Below, piece by piece: positions 24,001-38,300 of a DNA stretch of 64,000 nt. The position numbers and the translations under genes were made by a program. The first letter of the stretch is position 1; each line of letters opens with the position of its first letter. Origin of the DNA: Mizuhopecten yessoensis (Eukaryota); assembly GCF_002113885.1 (NCBI RefSeq), contig NW_018407210.1, positions 11,968 through 75,967 of the forward strand, in the 5' to 3' direction. The notes under the pieces are model-generated. The model worked only from the letters and a program-made list of their open reading frames with translations. It searched no databases and was not told the DNA's origin.

Positions 24001-27000
24001 AAGAAAAACAACGTTTAGGTCAAAATTTAAAGTAAAACATGTGCAGCTATATATGTTCTCGTAAATTCTTGAAAAACCAAATTAGTTTTATAAAAAATAT
24101 TGAGTTCATACATTGAAACGCTTTGCATGTTGTTAATAGCTTACAATATAAAAGGTTCCAATTGAAAATTGAACAATTTAAAAGAAACTTCCGCCCCCCA
24201 AAAAAGGTGAAACGGAACATCGAAGATCAGTGGAATATTCAGGCAAACTAAAGCTAAGTTCCTCGATCTAACACCTTTAGAAAAGAAACATTTGATTTTG
24301 ACGGAAAAGAACTGAATTTTGATAATTTACATGCATACATATTTTGTATTGTTTTCTTTTACATTTTTATGAAAAAGATAACTTTCTAAATCATTTTAAG
24401 ATGTAATGAATCGGTGAATAAATGAGTATATATTCTAATTGGAAAAACGTACTGACAACAATCTCATTATTACATATTATATAGAGATAGTTGTCATAAT
24501 AAAGTACGTTTAAATGAGTGTAAAAAGAATGTATAACAATATTACTTCTAAAGTATAGGATCTTGAATGAATATCTTATAATACATTGAATGATATCCTA
24601 AATATATTTTAAACATGGCCATGGCTGACTGATTCCACTTCAGGATCGACATGTGCTATTGTGTTATTGTGTTATTGCTAGGCAGGCCTTTTGAGTGTGG
24701 TGTGAATATCAATTACCAAATTTATTCCATAGCTGATATTTTGAATTGCCTCTAAAACTCTATTTTGACTTTTTACGTTAAGTATTTATTGTTGTTCTCT
24801 TATTTATAATCCAATTTTAAAAGTGACCATACAAGCGTTAGAGAACGTTTTATTTTAGACATGAACAAGTTTGCGTGTGCGAAAATTAGGAAAGTAAAAC
24901 AGTTATTACAGGCCTAGGATGAATAATTTTAGTATGCACAAAGCCCGTCAATTTGTCGCAAATACAAATGTACGGGATATGTACTTCTCACCTCTGACCT
25001 TCATCTGCAACACGTTGTCGGCGTATTTGCTCTGGTAATCAGTAGCGCGGACAGTGAAGCTGTAAGTTGTGTCAGCGTCAGGAGCTAGACCCTTTACTTG
25101 TCCTAATGTGGAATCAAGTGTTATTCCCGGGGGAAGATCTCCCGCAACCACCGAATACGTCACTTGACCTCCTTCTGGATCCTTTATAAATTAATTAGTT
25201 AATCATCCATAAAAACATATAAAGATATGCGTAATTTCAATAAAATCTGGGGAAACAATCGCCGTGAATCGTAACGTCACAATGGACGATGACGTTGCAA
25301 TGCATTGTTAAGTGACGTCATAAGTAATAAATTGACCGATGATATTACGTCCAGGGTGTTACCCAATAGTGGGTAACCAAAAATGTTTACCAACTCATAG
25401 AAGGTTTATCTAACGAGTCAGGAGTGAGGAAACCTACAGGGTTGTGGGAGAAAATATGTTCTAACACTTCCTCCGTATCAACTTTGTAAAAAGAATGCTC
25501 ATTATTATAACTATAACTGTTATGTATGACTGTATAATTGATTAGAGGATTCCCCACTCCTTTTGATCCATTTGACTGAATATTTTATTTTATTTAGCGA
25601 ATTACTGGTAAGAGCTTACAAAAACGTTGAACAGCAACACTTCGAAAAACCTGAGAAAATATTAACAAGAGTTACATGGTATACTATATAGTATTTTGGA
25701 AAAAAGTGAAAATTTGCAAAATAACAGAACGAAAATAAAAAGTAAAATACCAGCGCTTCCAACTGAACGAATACTCGCTCGCCTCCATGGAAATCTCCAA
25801 GGTGTCCGAACGGTGAATGTTCTGACCATATTGGGGGCTGACTCAGAATGACCTTAAGAAAAATAAATAAAAAATAAATTATCTTATTGAGTACTGGGCA
25901 CTACAGGTTTTGAGTTGTGATATTTCCTTGTTTAAAATCCTTTATTGTGCGTTGCAATGTGTTGAGGCATATATTTGTAAACGTTTTGTTAAACCGAACA
26001 AGTTATAATACATAAGATGTTCCAAACAACATTGCCTTATTATTCAGTATACGACGGGGTTTTTAACGTATCCGACGTTTTGATCTTGTCCCTTCTTCCT
26101 ATCGGAAAGGTTGAATCGATCCAGGGAACATAATTTCAACTCATAGAATAACTTTGCGAATTTTAGGAGATATTGTCTATCCATAACAGTATTTAGAAAA
26201 CAAAATGCAATTATGATTGTGTAAATCTACCAAACGTAGTAAATCCTTACCTCGAACAGATATAGGAGGTCTTCGCCTTCAAAGTAAACGTTTCCGGTAT
26301 TGTTGACCCCGGGAATCAGTTTAATGTCACCATTGAAACCAGACTTAAACCAGACAGAATAGTTTATGAGAATTTTATATAAGACAGGAGGCGAACAGTT
26401 ACAGACCGATGATTATGACAAAATAAAACCTCATACGTGTGTATTATACACACACGGTAATGCCTAATATTTAATGATTTAAATTATATTTGGGTCACTG
26501 AAAATACTTCATTTTTTTTTTTTTTTTTAAATCGTTATACAGAAAGAATTGCTGATACATGTACAAACAGAACTGGTTCAAGATATACAGGATAATATCT
26601 AAAAGTTGATGAAAAAACATACATTGACATAATTTAGAGCTTAATGAAATTGAAACACAACCATATTCATATTTTTAACATTATCCGATTTGATTATTTT
26701 TATGAAACAAGTACCAAAGTGTAGTATACGTACAACAAGAATACTCTAAGTAAGCTGTTATTATATGCATGGGATCGGTTTGGTTTTATTTTGTCTGACG
26801 TCCCATCAACACCCAAGGTCAATTAAAGACGGGCTAATATGTGTGAAATGTATGCGTATAAGGTATACTGGAGGTTGAATGTTGGTGCATTTGCCTCCTT
26901 GCGAAAGCAGGGATCTGATGTCAACCTTATAGTGCTACTTCACTGAATTACCATGCTAAAGACAACCAGCGCAGCATTCCGCCCGGTCACATTGTTCTGA

Positions 27001-30000
27001 CAACGGATTAACCAGTTGTTATTATTACCCTAAATGCTGAACATTAAGCAGGTAATAACAACTACCATTTTAAGTCTTTGGTATGTGCAAGCCTGGGGAC
27101 AGAACCCTTTGCTTTTCTCAAATGCGCGAAAGTTCAAAACGAAGGCTCAAGGTGACGTATTTCCAAAGAAGGCGCTAGTAACCTAAAGGTTTTTAGGAAG
27201 TAGAGAGAACAAATATATATCCAAGGCGCTACAATGGTGGCAGAGTACAGTAGAAATGGCTTGACCCTAAAAATAAAGGGCATGTCTCGGATAAACATGG
27301 ATAGCGGATTCATCCTGCACAACACACCTACATATATATATATATATTTATAAACTACATTTTGAATAGGTGTTTTTTAGAAGAACATTTTTTTTTTCAA
27401 AAAGTGATTTCCCCAGATTTGGGACTTCTGAAAACCATGGTTACCACATCAAAAAACACCAAAATATGCAAAAAATCATGATTTTTAACCCAGAATTTGA
27501 CCCCCGCAAGTAGAATTGTTTTTCTTAAAACCTGTCTGAAATTAAATATCGCCTACTCGGTAACAGAAATACTCACGTTTTAGCATAGGTCATTCCGGTG
27601 GATTTTTCACAATATTTACACATGTGCTGAGTACAAAAATAGACTACATGAAAAGCTAGCTTTTGTTGTGTAGACACAGATTCGTAAATGCCCAAAATTG
27701 TAGTCTCAAACCAAATTCGACTTTTCTTTTTTTTAAATTATGAAGCCCACATAGTCCACTTCATCATGTATATGCCAATTTTAGTGCTGATTTTTTTTTT
27801 AAATTTTGATACATGTTATATTACAGGGGTTATTCATTGTATAAAAATATCACCCATGGCCACCGTACGCTACTGTACTCTGCTACCTTATACATCCCTT
27901 TTTTTCCCCAAAAATTCAATCAAAACCTTTTAAATGTCTGGAAAATGACACAATGAACAAAAAGATGTATCCGTTTCCTTTCTCACTTTAAAAGTGACCG
28001 AGTAATATGAATTCTCCTGCTAGGTGATTTTTTACCAATTCTGCTCTCAAACTACCAACAAAGGGAGGTAATCTGAAAAATTAAAACTTGAATAACTTTG
28101 TAGTTTTCAGGAATAATTTTTTTTTTNNNNNNNNNNNNNNNNNNNNNNNNNNNNNNNNNNNNNNNNNNNNNNNNNNNNNNNNNNNNNNNNNNNNNNNNNN
28201 NNNAGATCATTTGCATGTGAAAAACAAAACAGTACAGTGATACAAGGATGTTTCTGTCTTGTGTGATGACGTCATAGTTACTGTGATGTCATCATAACTA
28301 TGACATCATCAATGGGCATCTGTGACATCATCAAGGCTCACTGATATCAAAATGAATACCAGGAAACCCATCACAACAACAATCTAGAAACAGACACACT
28401 TCCCGTAACCAATGAACAGCACAAAAATGTCAGATATTCTGACTCATCAGACAAATGACACCATAGCAACCGTTGTTTACTTTCCTCGCCTAGAATTGAC
28501 AGTGACCCCAGACATTGGTCATTTAACATATTTCACTAGAAAAAAAAGTTTTCTTCAGCTGTAATTATGGAAATAAAATTTATTGACATTATTGACTTTG
28601 NNNNNNNNNNNNNNNNNNNNNNNNNNNNNNNNNNNNNNNNNNNNNNNNNNNNNNNNNNNNNNNNNNNNNNNNNNNNNNNNNNNNNNNNNNNNNNNNNNNN
28701 NNNNNNNNNNNNNNNNATTTCCCCAGATTTGGGACTTCTGAAAACCATGGTTACCACATCAAAAAACACCAAAATATGCAAAAAATCATGATTTTTAACC
28801 CAGAATTTGACCCCCGCAAGTAGAATTGTTTTTCTTAAAACCTGTCTGAAATTAAATATCGCCTACTCGGTAACAGAAATACTCACGTTTTAGCATAGGT
28901 CATTCCGGTGGATTTTTCACAATATTTACACATGTGCTGAGTACAAAAATAGACTACATGAAAAGCTAGCTTTTGTTGTGTAGACACAGATTTGTAAATG
29001 CCCAAAATTGTAGTCTCAAACCGAATTCGATAAAAAAAAAATGAAAAGTTATGAAGCCCACATAGTCCACTTCATCATGTATATGCCAATTTTAGTGCTG
29101 ATGTTTTTTTTAAATTTTGATACATGTTATATTACAGGGGTTATTCATTGTATAAAAATATCACCCATGGCCACCGTACGCTACTGTACTCTGCTACCAA
29201 TGGATGCAGTTTTTTGGTCCCTAAATAGAGGGCACAAAAGCAAATCCCCAATGCTGCAGGAAGGTTCTCACATTAGTTGCATTTTGAAACATACAGTGGA
29301 TAACAGTAGGTGTAGTTTGTTCTCAATCCCCACCCTTCCTATGAGCAGAAAGGCTGAAAGGTTAAAAACAATTAAATACAATATAGTAAGCTGACATAAT
29401 TTGAAGATACCTAATCGGACGTAAGAAGAACCATGAGTCTCAGTAGATTTTGGCTTACCAACATAGTGAAGTTTCCATCAGCTTTAGCGTGGACAATAAC
29501 ACTCGGATAATCCACTTGTAAAGGACTGTAACAGTAGACAGTTACACTTATTACATGTTTATTCTTTTTGAGAGTTGTAAAATGAACAACGAATCAAACA
29601 TTCACTGATTGTTTGTTTTTTCTGCAGCAGTAATGATATTTTTTTTTCTTTTTTCTGTGACATTATATTTTTACAACAACATTTATATTTTGTTTTATTT
29701 CTTACCTTTCATTTCTATATACTCTTTCATTCGGTAACATTTAAGTTAAATTGATTTTAATCAATATAAATTATTAATATTATTTTACATGTGTTGTGCG
29801 TATTAATTTCGCTAAATGTACTTTCCTTACTTATTCCGGATAACATCAATTTGCGTTACAATCATGTATATGTTTTTTGTTATGTTTGGATAATTTTTCA
29901 CATTATACGTTAACTCGCAGTCAATTATCAACGCAAATTAGCATAAAAACTGATATCTCACAAATATTAACACTGCAATGTATATGTCTAGAAGCTGAAG

Positions 30001-30395
30001 ATATGTTAAAAAGAGAAGTTGTCTAAAATCATATTAAAAAAGGAGGAAGTGGCTTAGTGATATTATATTAAAATAAGAGAAACTGGCTGCTGATAGAGAA
30101 AGTTACCTTTCTTAATATTAAATTTTGATTAGAGGGGTTAGTTGATTTACTTATATATGGGCAGTGGCTGACTCCTATTATATTACATTAGGGGACGTTC
30201 ACTGAAATTATACCAAGACAAGAAAATTATGAAAAACCGACAATTTTCTTTAATATGGAGATTTGAAGTTGGTGATAAATTTACAAGTTTTAAGTTTTAA
30301 AAACTTACATACTCTGCACTAGCGGCCCAAACAACTAAAGGCATCAGAAGACACACAAACATCAAATTCGTAAACAGGTCGTACACGTTCGCCAT
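21039..30395 (-). CDS. Cluster gene A: secreted cubilin-NTD-like / putative Ig / EGF / FA58C protein, 366 aa (subfamily I)
   Basis: Exons (minus): 30313-30395 (signal peptide MANVYDLFTNLMFVCLLMPLVVWAASA), 29459-29525 (QVDYPSVIVHAKADGNFTML), 26251-26343 (SGFNGDIKLIPGVNNTGNVYFEGEDLLYLFE), 25751-25852, 24992-25181 (DPEGGQVTYSVVAGDLPPGITLDSTLGQVKG), 23877-23990 (6-Cys EGF), 23357-23521 (WLQVDFG), 22379-22512, 21039-21191 (ARYVRFVP...CMRVELLGC). All GT-AG and open. AATAAA at 20999-21004. Confidence 0.9.
21530..21870 (+). mobile_element. Degenerate Penelope-like retroelement RT C-terminal fragment (in gene A intron 8)
   Basis: Translation RDDFDFQIMNVTFLDRNTPYCLTYGVNILQLIRYPCTCSEYHDFRDRCRLLTDK matches the PLE RT thumb pattern recalled as KRDDFNFxIVNFPFLxSNIPxxPAYGVYISQLIRY. 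Contains an internal ~52-bp tandem duplication. Confidence 0.7.
21978..22150 (+). repeat. Dispersed repeat (gtgtcg..gatgaagcag..gacgcttac.cttc.gga.cacctg family); related copies near 20230-20282, 35405-35450, 40605-40780
   Basis: The same motif is seen four times in the window. Here it lies directly 3' of the PLE RT fragment. Confidence 0.55.
22155..22393 (-). repeat. ~61-bp degenerate tandem repeat (~4 copies) spanning the gene A exon 8 donor site
   Basis: atacttac(c/t/a)ttgggactgacgcc (minus: GGCGTCAGTCCCAAG|gtaagtat) recurs at ~22190, ~22252, ~22311 and ~22372. Confidence 0.8.
26775..27120 (-). mobile_element. Degenerate SINE-like element in gene A intron 2
   Basis: Typical molluscan SINE blocks (ccggtcacatt.ttctgac...aaccagt...aatgctgaac...aactacca.tttaagtctttggtatg) plus a tail shared with the copies at 52290 and 63325. 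Confidence 0.5.
27236..29198. mobile_element. Non-autonomous DNA transposon with 18-bp TIRs and 3-bp AAT TSD (Harbinger/Tourist-like); internal part duplicated across gaps
   Basis: aat|ggtggcagagtacagtag ... ctactgtactctgctacc|aat. 27407-27887 is nearly identical to 28718-29198. Confidence 0.65.
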
Positions 30396-32343
30396 CTTGA
30401 ATAACAATCACACCAGAGTACGTCTTTCCTGTGAATACATAGCGATACCAGTATCACTAGGTAGCTATCTTATAACCCCCAATACAAACCATGATATAGA
30501 GAACTACTTCTGGAGTAATTTCTATCAAAACTAATATGATTTTGGAGATGTGTATAATTACGAAAATGGTTTGTCTATCCCTTTTCTTGTTAATGACATC
30601 ATTCAGAATACTAAAATCGATTACGAAATGTAACACTTCTGAAAATCTAGATTATACTAATCACTCAGAAGTAAGGAAGCATTCATTTGAAAATGTAGTT
30701 TAGGTTGATGTACCATATTGTCCTTTGTCCATTTAGAACTTCTCACTGGTACAAAAGGTCTAACTAAGAAACACCTCCATATCAAGTTTTCCGCACTTCT
30801 AAAAATATCATAAAAAGGGTAAGGTGCCTATAAAACGTTTATAACATTACAAACAATAGAAAACAGGTGTTAATGTTAACAATGCTAGGATAAATTCCAG
30901 CTTCACAGCTACAGATAAACCCGTAAATAGTCCATCATAAGTGTCATTCATCTTGTGACGGAAATTAATTACTAGTTTAGAGGCGAACATTGGAAGGTGA
31001 CGATTAAATCTTAATTGAAAACCTAATAATCTGTTATAATCTTCGTCATTAGAATCAATTGTACGTACACTTCTTGTTCAACAGTAATATAACATATTTC
31101 AAGATGCCAACAGTAGAAACAGCTTCCAGTAACTTCATATTTCGTAAGTTTTAAAGGATTAAATTGATTCGTTAATAAACTTTTTTTCGTGTTATGTCGG
31201 TTTCTGTTAATATATTTAAATATTGAGCCTAGTGATGTAATATTATTTAGTTTATTGAGAAGCTATAATCATTATTTTTTAATAGAAAAAAGATGTTGCG
31301 AAATATATTCTTTTATTTGTTCTTTTTTTAGATAAGAGGATGAACTGATTACCATGTAAGGACAATATGACGTTATCCCATATCGTGGTTCGTAAATACG
31401 TGTATTTGTTTAAACTCAAGATAGATATTGTAACACTTACATCACGCATGCTGTAACTGCGATACTTACACATACAATCGATGAGTCAGGTTCTACGTTT
31501 GAAAGATCCCGAACAACCTGACCTAATTCCTTGTAGTGTCTGGAAACAAGAGTATCCACACATTAAAGGATTACGTCTATTATATCTCCCAGAAACGGGT
31601 ATCATTAATGCTGGTTATATTTACCGACACTAATCGTGTAAACACAAAAAACAGACACCCGTGGAATCCGACCCGGACAAATATGCAACATCATGGCATT
31701 ACGTAAATAATTTTAAATCGGGTATCTCTTAAATGCAAAAGTAACCTCTAATGGCAATTTGATTGCCAAATTTAATTATCCAAACAAATCATTTTGTAAC
31801 CGGTATCTCTTTAATGTAAAAGTGACCTAGAATGCATGTGCTTCATAAATGAAATTGGTTTGGTTTTTGTTTCTTTCATTAAAACAAAATAAATTCGAAA
31901 CGAGCCATTGAAATATAAAACGTCAATTATACTATATGGAAAACAGCATTAAAGATTAATCCCTTGGAAGGTGGAATGCTGAATGTGAAAAAGTAGACAT
32001 TTGTTAACATTTCAATCAGAAAAGAAATATTGGTTGGAAAAAAAATAATGTTGGAAGCAAAACGCTTTTTATTATTATGATATACTTTAAAAAGAAAAAA
32101 TAGAAAAAAATGAAAATAAGCTGAAAATAATTTATGTATAATTTTGTTAATATCATATTATCATTCAGCTACATTGAAAGGCAATGAAGTTTACTCTGAC
32201 TGCATGGTTTAATATGGGATTGAAATATTCCGCTCTGTGTATCCCCAGTAACCGCCCAAGTCATGTGATACCATCGACTGTCGATGTCAACCCAAAACTT
32301 CAGCGGATGGCAGCTTGGCATTAGGCCTCAAACTTTGGACAAA

Positions 32344-35300
32344 ATGGCGGCTATCAAAACAACGTATCTTCTGCTAGTTTTCTTGCCTTATGCGTTTGCA
32401 AGGTAATATACATTTCTTATTTCTTATTTTATTAACTGTTTGTGACATATTCCTTATATGTAAAACAAAACTTCGTTGTTTAAGGAATTATTCTATACAT
32501 TATAGATATGTTGAGTAAATGATGATATAATTTCCGACAGGTCCGGTCAATATTTCACTAAAGGAAACATAACAAATATCGCTTACATTACCTTCTTAAT
32601 TAACCTGTATAACATGCTATAAATTGTGCAAGAATATATTGTAAAACTTGTGTCAACAGAACTCCCAATAGATCGATATTGTCGTCGAGATTAAACACGG
32701 ATCAGTTTAGGTTTATTCTAACCTTAAGTAATGCTGATGAGTATCCTAAATAGAGGAGATGGTTTATTTCCATTTATATTTTCCGACGTTCTCCTCACAT
32801 TTTAACTTTCGTTTAACTTTGCTTTAAAGCTTTTTCGAGATACAGTACCCGAATGTGTTGGTTACGGCTGAGACTGGTGGTAATCTTACCGTAGAGGTAT
32901 GTGTACATCACATAATTACTGCAGTGATAAATAAACATGCTGGTAGAAATAATAATAATTCACATCAAAATATGTTAAGACTATACAGGATTTTTATTTA
33001 ATGTGTCTTTAATGTTATTTACAAGATATAACGGGAAACATTTGTTTGGTTTCAATGCTTGCTACGATTTATGTAATATCGTTTTTTACTTTAATTTCAC
33101 GATTCGCTGGGCACGTCCCTCAGAGCAGCCTCTCTTTCACAGAAAAAATATACTCAGTGAAAGTTTTCATATTACAAGAAGAAAACGGTAACAATTTTCA
33201 TGATCAACTGAACGAGACTTCACCATTCAATAGATGTCTGTATATTCAGTAATAAGTATCAGGTTGATTGATGAAGAGCTATTCAATGCATCACCTTTCT
33301 CAGGCAGGGCCACAAGGCGGAAACGTCATCATGAAACCAACCGGTAATGGCACTGTCTACATTGGTACGACCGACATGCTAAAACTGTTTGAGGTAATTA
33401 ATGTAAAATTGATAACGAATGCATGATAATGTATAGTGTTCGTTATAAATGGCAAATACTGATATAAGTTAATTATCAAGTGACTGGACGATGTGCTCCT
33501 ATTACTTCTTCGTAAAGTTTGTAAGCAATATTTTAAAAGTTATATCAATTTCGCGTAAAGCATAACTATAAATCTCAATAAAATCAAACAAGTACATTAC
33601 TTTAAAATCCATCACAGCAGTAGTTTGAACTATCTTTCTTTTTTTCAGATCGTCAACAGCATGCCACCCGTATGGGAATCGAAGGCCGTTCACGGATCGC
33701 TGGGCACGTTCCTCGGGGGAGTGTCAATTTCACTGAATCTTGAAGCTGTGGTATACCTATAATAGTCCAACAGATCGCTACCCAAGTGAAATTGTTTTGA
33801 CTAGGAATTTATTGTAGTCGTTAAAGAGAACCAAAAGAAAACACTTCTTATGTGAAGATGAATAGCAATATTAAATCAATTCGCAAAACAGAAAATAATC
33901 TTTTTATTATTATTATTAATTTGTATTATATAAATATCTTATCTAATGTAAAATCAAGAAGATTCTTAATTCATGGAAGCATTTAAGGTGTTATATTTTT
34001 TTAATGTAGGACCCCGAAGGAGGTTCACTGAAGTATGAGAAGGTTTCCGGTGCACTGCCGCCTGGTGTCCATCTGAACAAATTGACCGGACAAATTTCCG
34101 GTACAGCACCGGATGTGGATGCTACCTATCAGTTCGGCATCCGGGTTACGGACAAGCACGGGAAATATGCCGACCAAATCTTCTCTATAGACACAAGAGG
34201 TTTGTTCCTGAATAGGAAGAATTTTCGACTGTTTTATTATTGTCATAAATCTTTAGTTTAACATATCTACTGTGTCATCATGCTCCTCACTTTTTTAATG
34301 GTTTTCTGTGTAGTAACATAGATTTCCTACCTTTTATAGTAGAGTGTATTTAGTGTTACTTATTTGCGCGTATTTGGGTTAAGTATTGATTGCAAAATCA
34401 CGTATCAAACGAACAATTAAAACACATTAAGACGTTAACGTTGAGTTACACACAAACTAAATTCATCGCGAATAAGTACAGAAAGATCATATTGCGAAAG
34501 TATGTGTCTGTTAAAATATATAATAAATATATTAGTATTGTACATAAGCACAATACATTAGTATTATGAAATACAACTTAAGTGGTATTATAAATATAAG
34601 CAATCTATTAATGGTATAGATATAAAAAAAAAAAAAAAAAGTTAATATTATTAATTATTGCATTTTAACATTTAAAAGATCGGTTGTATAGTGAACGAAG
34701 TATCTTGTGTTAAAAGGACCACACTTTTTGTTATTTTCCAAAGTAAAACAACCAACCACAGAGCCTTATTTACAGTGGGGGGAAATACAAAGAACAGAAG
34801 TCGTGATCTGAATTGTAACTTCATTTTCAAATAAAACATCTAAGCACAGTACGTTGATGCACGAATGACGGTGGCACATGTTTGTCATTTTGTTCATGTT
34901 ATTGCCATCCTTGATTCTCGATGCATACTACTTATATGTCAACTCATGGGATGAATACTTTCCCTATTTAAAATGCAATTTTCTTTTTACCCTATTCCAT
35001 GAAATATATCTGGTATTCTATAGCACCAAACGAAGCATGATACTGTACTCGCCAACTAATGGTAGATACTTTGTATTCATCACACAATGAAATATAACTT
35101 GCATCAGGAAAAAGTACTCTCTATTCCATTTGTAGACTTTCCTTTTTCCAATTTTTCCGTACACCTGTTAGACAATATTTGTATTTTTTGTTGATAAGGA
35201 CCTTTGTAAACTATTTACGTTGTGTTTTCACACAGAGAAGAACCAGTGCCTCAGTAACCCGTGTAGTCACGGAGGGTCGTGTGTGGACGATATTGACAGT

Positions 35301-36758
35301 TTTGTATGTACTTGTCAGCCACCGTACGGCGGAAAGACGTGTGCTACAAGTAAGTCGACTACCTCTTCTTCATTGAAAATAGGTTATGCTTTGTTTACAT
35401 GGAAGGTGATGTCGATAAAGCGGAAGACGCTTACTCTTCAGGACACCTCCGATATTTGTCTACGTACTTTTTACTTTGTTCATATTTTGTTCTAGTTTTA
35501 TCGATTTTAAGTTCGAATTATGGTTTTGAGAGCATTCAAGTTTTCTCCTTCTCTTACTAAATTTAGAACAACCCAATAAATGATATAATGATCCAGGATA
35601 TAACCTTTGACCTGATCAACTACGATAATGTATACTTTCTGTTCTTCTGTAAGACTGTGAGAACCAGGCGTTTGGGGTGGACCAGGGCAGTAAGAAGATA
35701 CCAGATGCCCGGATGTCTGCTCACTACTCTTATGGGGATCACCCGGCCTCTGACGGGCGTCTGAATGCTCCTCAGGGCTGGATCGGACAGAATACTGCCT
35801 CGTGGCTACAGGTAATACAATTACTTATACATACGGTATTGTTATAGCATATATATCGTTTATGACGATCGTATCTGCTGTTTATTGGGAAAGGTTATGT
35901 AAAGTGTATTTAAAATATCACACGTTTCAAACAGTAGACACCACTGTAAAATTATAAGACCGACGTACTCTTAAGAAAGAGTTAAAATCATTACTCAAAA
36001 TGTACAATAGAATCAACATAAACCTGTTAGGCTGGATATTTAGGTAAATTGATTTCACTTTAATGTTACAGAAATTCTCGCGAAAAACTATTCCTGAATT
36101 TACATATACCATAGGTTTCTGGAGTTAAGTGCATGTCAATCTACATATCAGGTTGACCTCGGTGACGTCATGGATGTGCACGCTGTGGCTACCCAGGGCT
36201 ACACGTCATCGACGTACTATACGTCAGAGTACCAACTGCTGTACAGTTCCGACGGCAATACCTTCGTGAGCACAAAGAATGGAACTGGCAACATGGTATG
36301 TTATCCGCACGTCATTATACGGCTATAATGGCGGTAATGATCTGATAGTGAAGTGTAACGGTCATATCTATACCGCGTTTATAGAATCTGGACAACTGTA
36401 CAAACCATGACTTCAACATGGTCAAGCTAATACATGTACCTTTTGTAAATTTATCATGCAGTGTAGTTATAAACTAATGTTTTTGTTTAATATTAGTTTA
36501 CCACTAACATGTACACGTGACATAAAAGGATATTTCCTGTCTCGTAATTGAATTTATTCTTTCATATACTACCATAATGATTTAGGTTTGATTTCATTGC
36601 AGGTGTATACCGGAAGTACGAACGTGAACACCGTGACGAAGCACGTCCTCACTACTCCCCTGCACGCTCGCTTTATCAGATTCAAGCCAGTCACGTTTAG
36701 CAGCCACCCCGGCATGCGCGTAGAAGTTTACGGATGCCAGATAAATTCTAATCCCTGA
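32344..36758 (+). CDS. Cluster gene B: secreted cubilin-NTD-like / putative Ig / EGF / FA58C protein, 359 aa (subfamily II)
   Basis: Exons: 32344-32402 (MAAIKTTYLLLVFLPYAFA), 32830-32896 (FFEIQYPNVLVTAETGGNLTVE), 33304-33393 (AGPQGGNVIMKPTGNGTVYIGTTDMLKLFE), 33649-33750 (PPVWESKAVHGSLGTFLGG), 34010-34199 (SGALPPGVHLNKLTGQISGTAP), 35236-35349 (EGF), 35654-35811, 36152-36295, 36603-36758 (GMRVEVYGC). AATAAA at 36815. Confidence 0.92.
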
Positions 36759-38300
36759 TTACGTGTCGATAAAGACGTATATGAAAATGTACTTCAGTTT
36801 AATTGTGAATTCAAAATAAATTGAGTTTGTCTGAGAAAAATGCGTTATTGTATTTTTTGCTTAGGAGATGGGAACTTTCAACGTATAAAGAACATATTAT
36901 TATTTGTCATTATTTGAGAAAATACCTAATGAATTGAGAGTCTATAATAAGTACGTTGTATTCTTTCAAACGAGTGAAACTTGAATCACAATCAACGTAA
37001 ATCCCATGAATTATTCTGTAGTTTATAAATTCAAGAGCATTAAAATTAAGCAACAAATAGTGAAGTGCATTGAGTAAAATTCCGTTTCATTGTTGGGGGG
37101 GGGGGGGGGGGGGGGGGGGCATTTAATGACACCAGCCTTATATGACGTAATAATCAATAACAATGCTTACCACGAACATTTCAAATTGAATACATATATG
37201 TATTAACTGATGCAATATATGTAACAGACCACAGGTCAGGAGGTATCGACAGGCTAATATCTACCTCAAAGTATGGATCGATAGGCTAATATCTACCACA
37301 AATTATGGATAGATAGGCTAATATCTACCTCAAAATATGGATCTGGTGTGTAAAGATCTGCTCGGTCATTCTCTGTAGGTCTGTTCGTTGGATTGACCAT
37401 CAATGCAATATATGATCATCATATTTATAGTGTTCACTGTTGTCGATGCATCAATAGAATTAATTTCTTTCAAAATTAAAACGTGTTAGTGCTAACACCT
37501 ATTTTTGTCCCCCGTAGTTACTTATAAGTAGGCCATTAGCTGTCGATAACTACACAGTAATGAAGAGCTGGCTATAATAATAGACGTTTACATGTAAATG
37601 TCTGACTTCCATCAACATTGTTTTGTGTAATGTACAGTATCAATAGTGATGGTGTTACAGCTGATTTAAATTGCCACGTGACTTTGCAATCGTAAAACCT
37701 GATATTAAATAGATACATATTATTAGAGGAGAAATAATTGTATCCAAAATATTAGCTGGTGATGCCATTTCACCAGATATTATGACTCATTCAATTATTT
37801 ACGTCATCATCAAATGAGGTCGGGTATTTCAGAACGCGCCAATGAGTAAAAGTAAACGAATAACACGATTAGGTATGATAAAATAACAGCATGTATGACA
37901 GTTTTTTGTATGAAATTGGAACATTCAATTTTAAAGAATTTAGTCAGAGCTCAATGATAACCCAATAGTTACCTATAGTTAAAAAAGAAATAGGAAAATG
38001 TATATATTTTTTCCGTCACATATTAAGATGTATCGCTTTTATGAAAGGTTGATTTTGTAACACAAGCAGTTACATATCACCATCTTGTGTGACTGAAATT
38101 TAAAGCAACAAATAAACTTTACGTGTCATTCATTTGCAAAAGAAGAAACACAACCTTTGACACTTTACAGAAGATGTGAATTTAATAAATGATAAGTCAT
38201 ACAAAGTCGATATAACAATTTTCATATCTGCGATATTGACATTCTCAAATCTTGTGATCGTTAGACCCAGTAGCCGTTTTTTTAATCAGTGAGGAGACAG

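Noticed and set aside
27407-29198. Tandem duplication of a ~480-bp segment as a biological event
   Set aside because: The copies flank two N gaps and belong to a transposon, so mis-scaffolded repeat copies are the more likely cause.
30307-30312. Stronger-looking donor (TAT|gtaagt) for gene A exon 1
   Set aside because: It gives phase 0, incompatible with exon 2. The GA|gtatgt donor 4 nt earlier keeps the conserved phase 2.
32541-32622. Candidate exon 2 of gene B after ttccgacag
   Set aside because: It runs into a stop without a good donor and lacks homology. The 67-nt exon at 32830-32896 matches the paralogs exactly in size and sequence pattern.
37094-37119. Poly-G run between genes B and C as a G-quadruplex regulatory element
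   Set aside because: A simple homopolymer with no supporting context.
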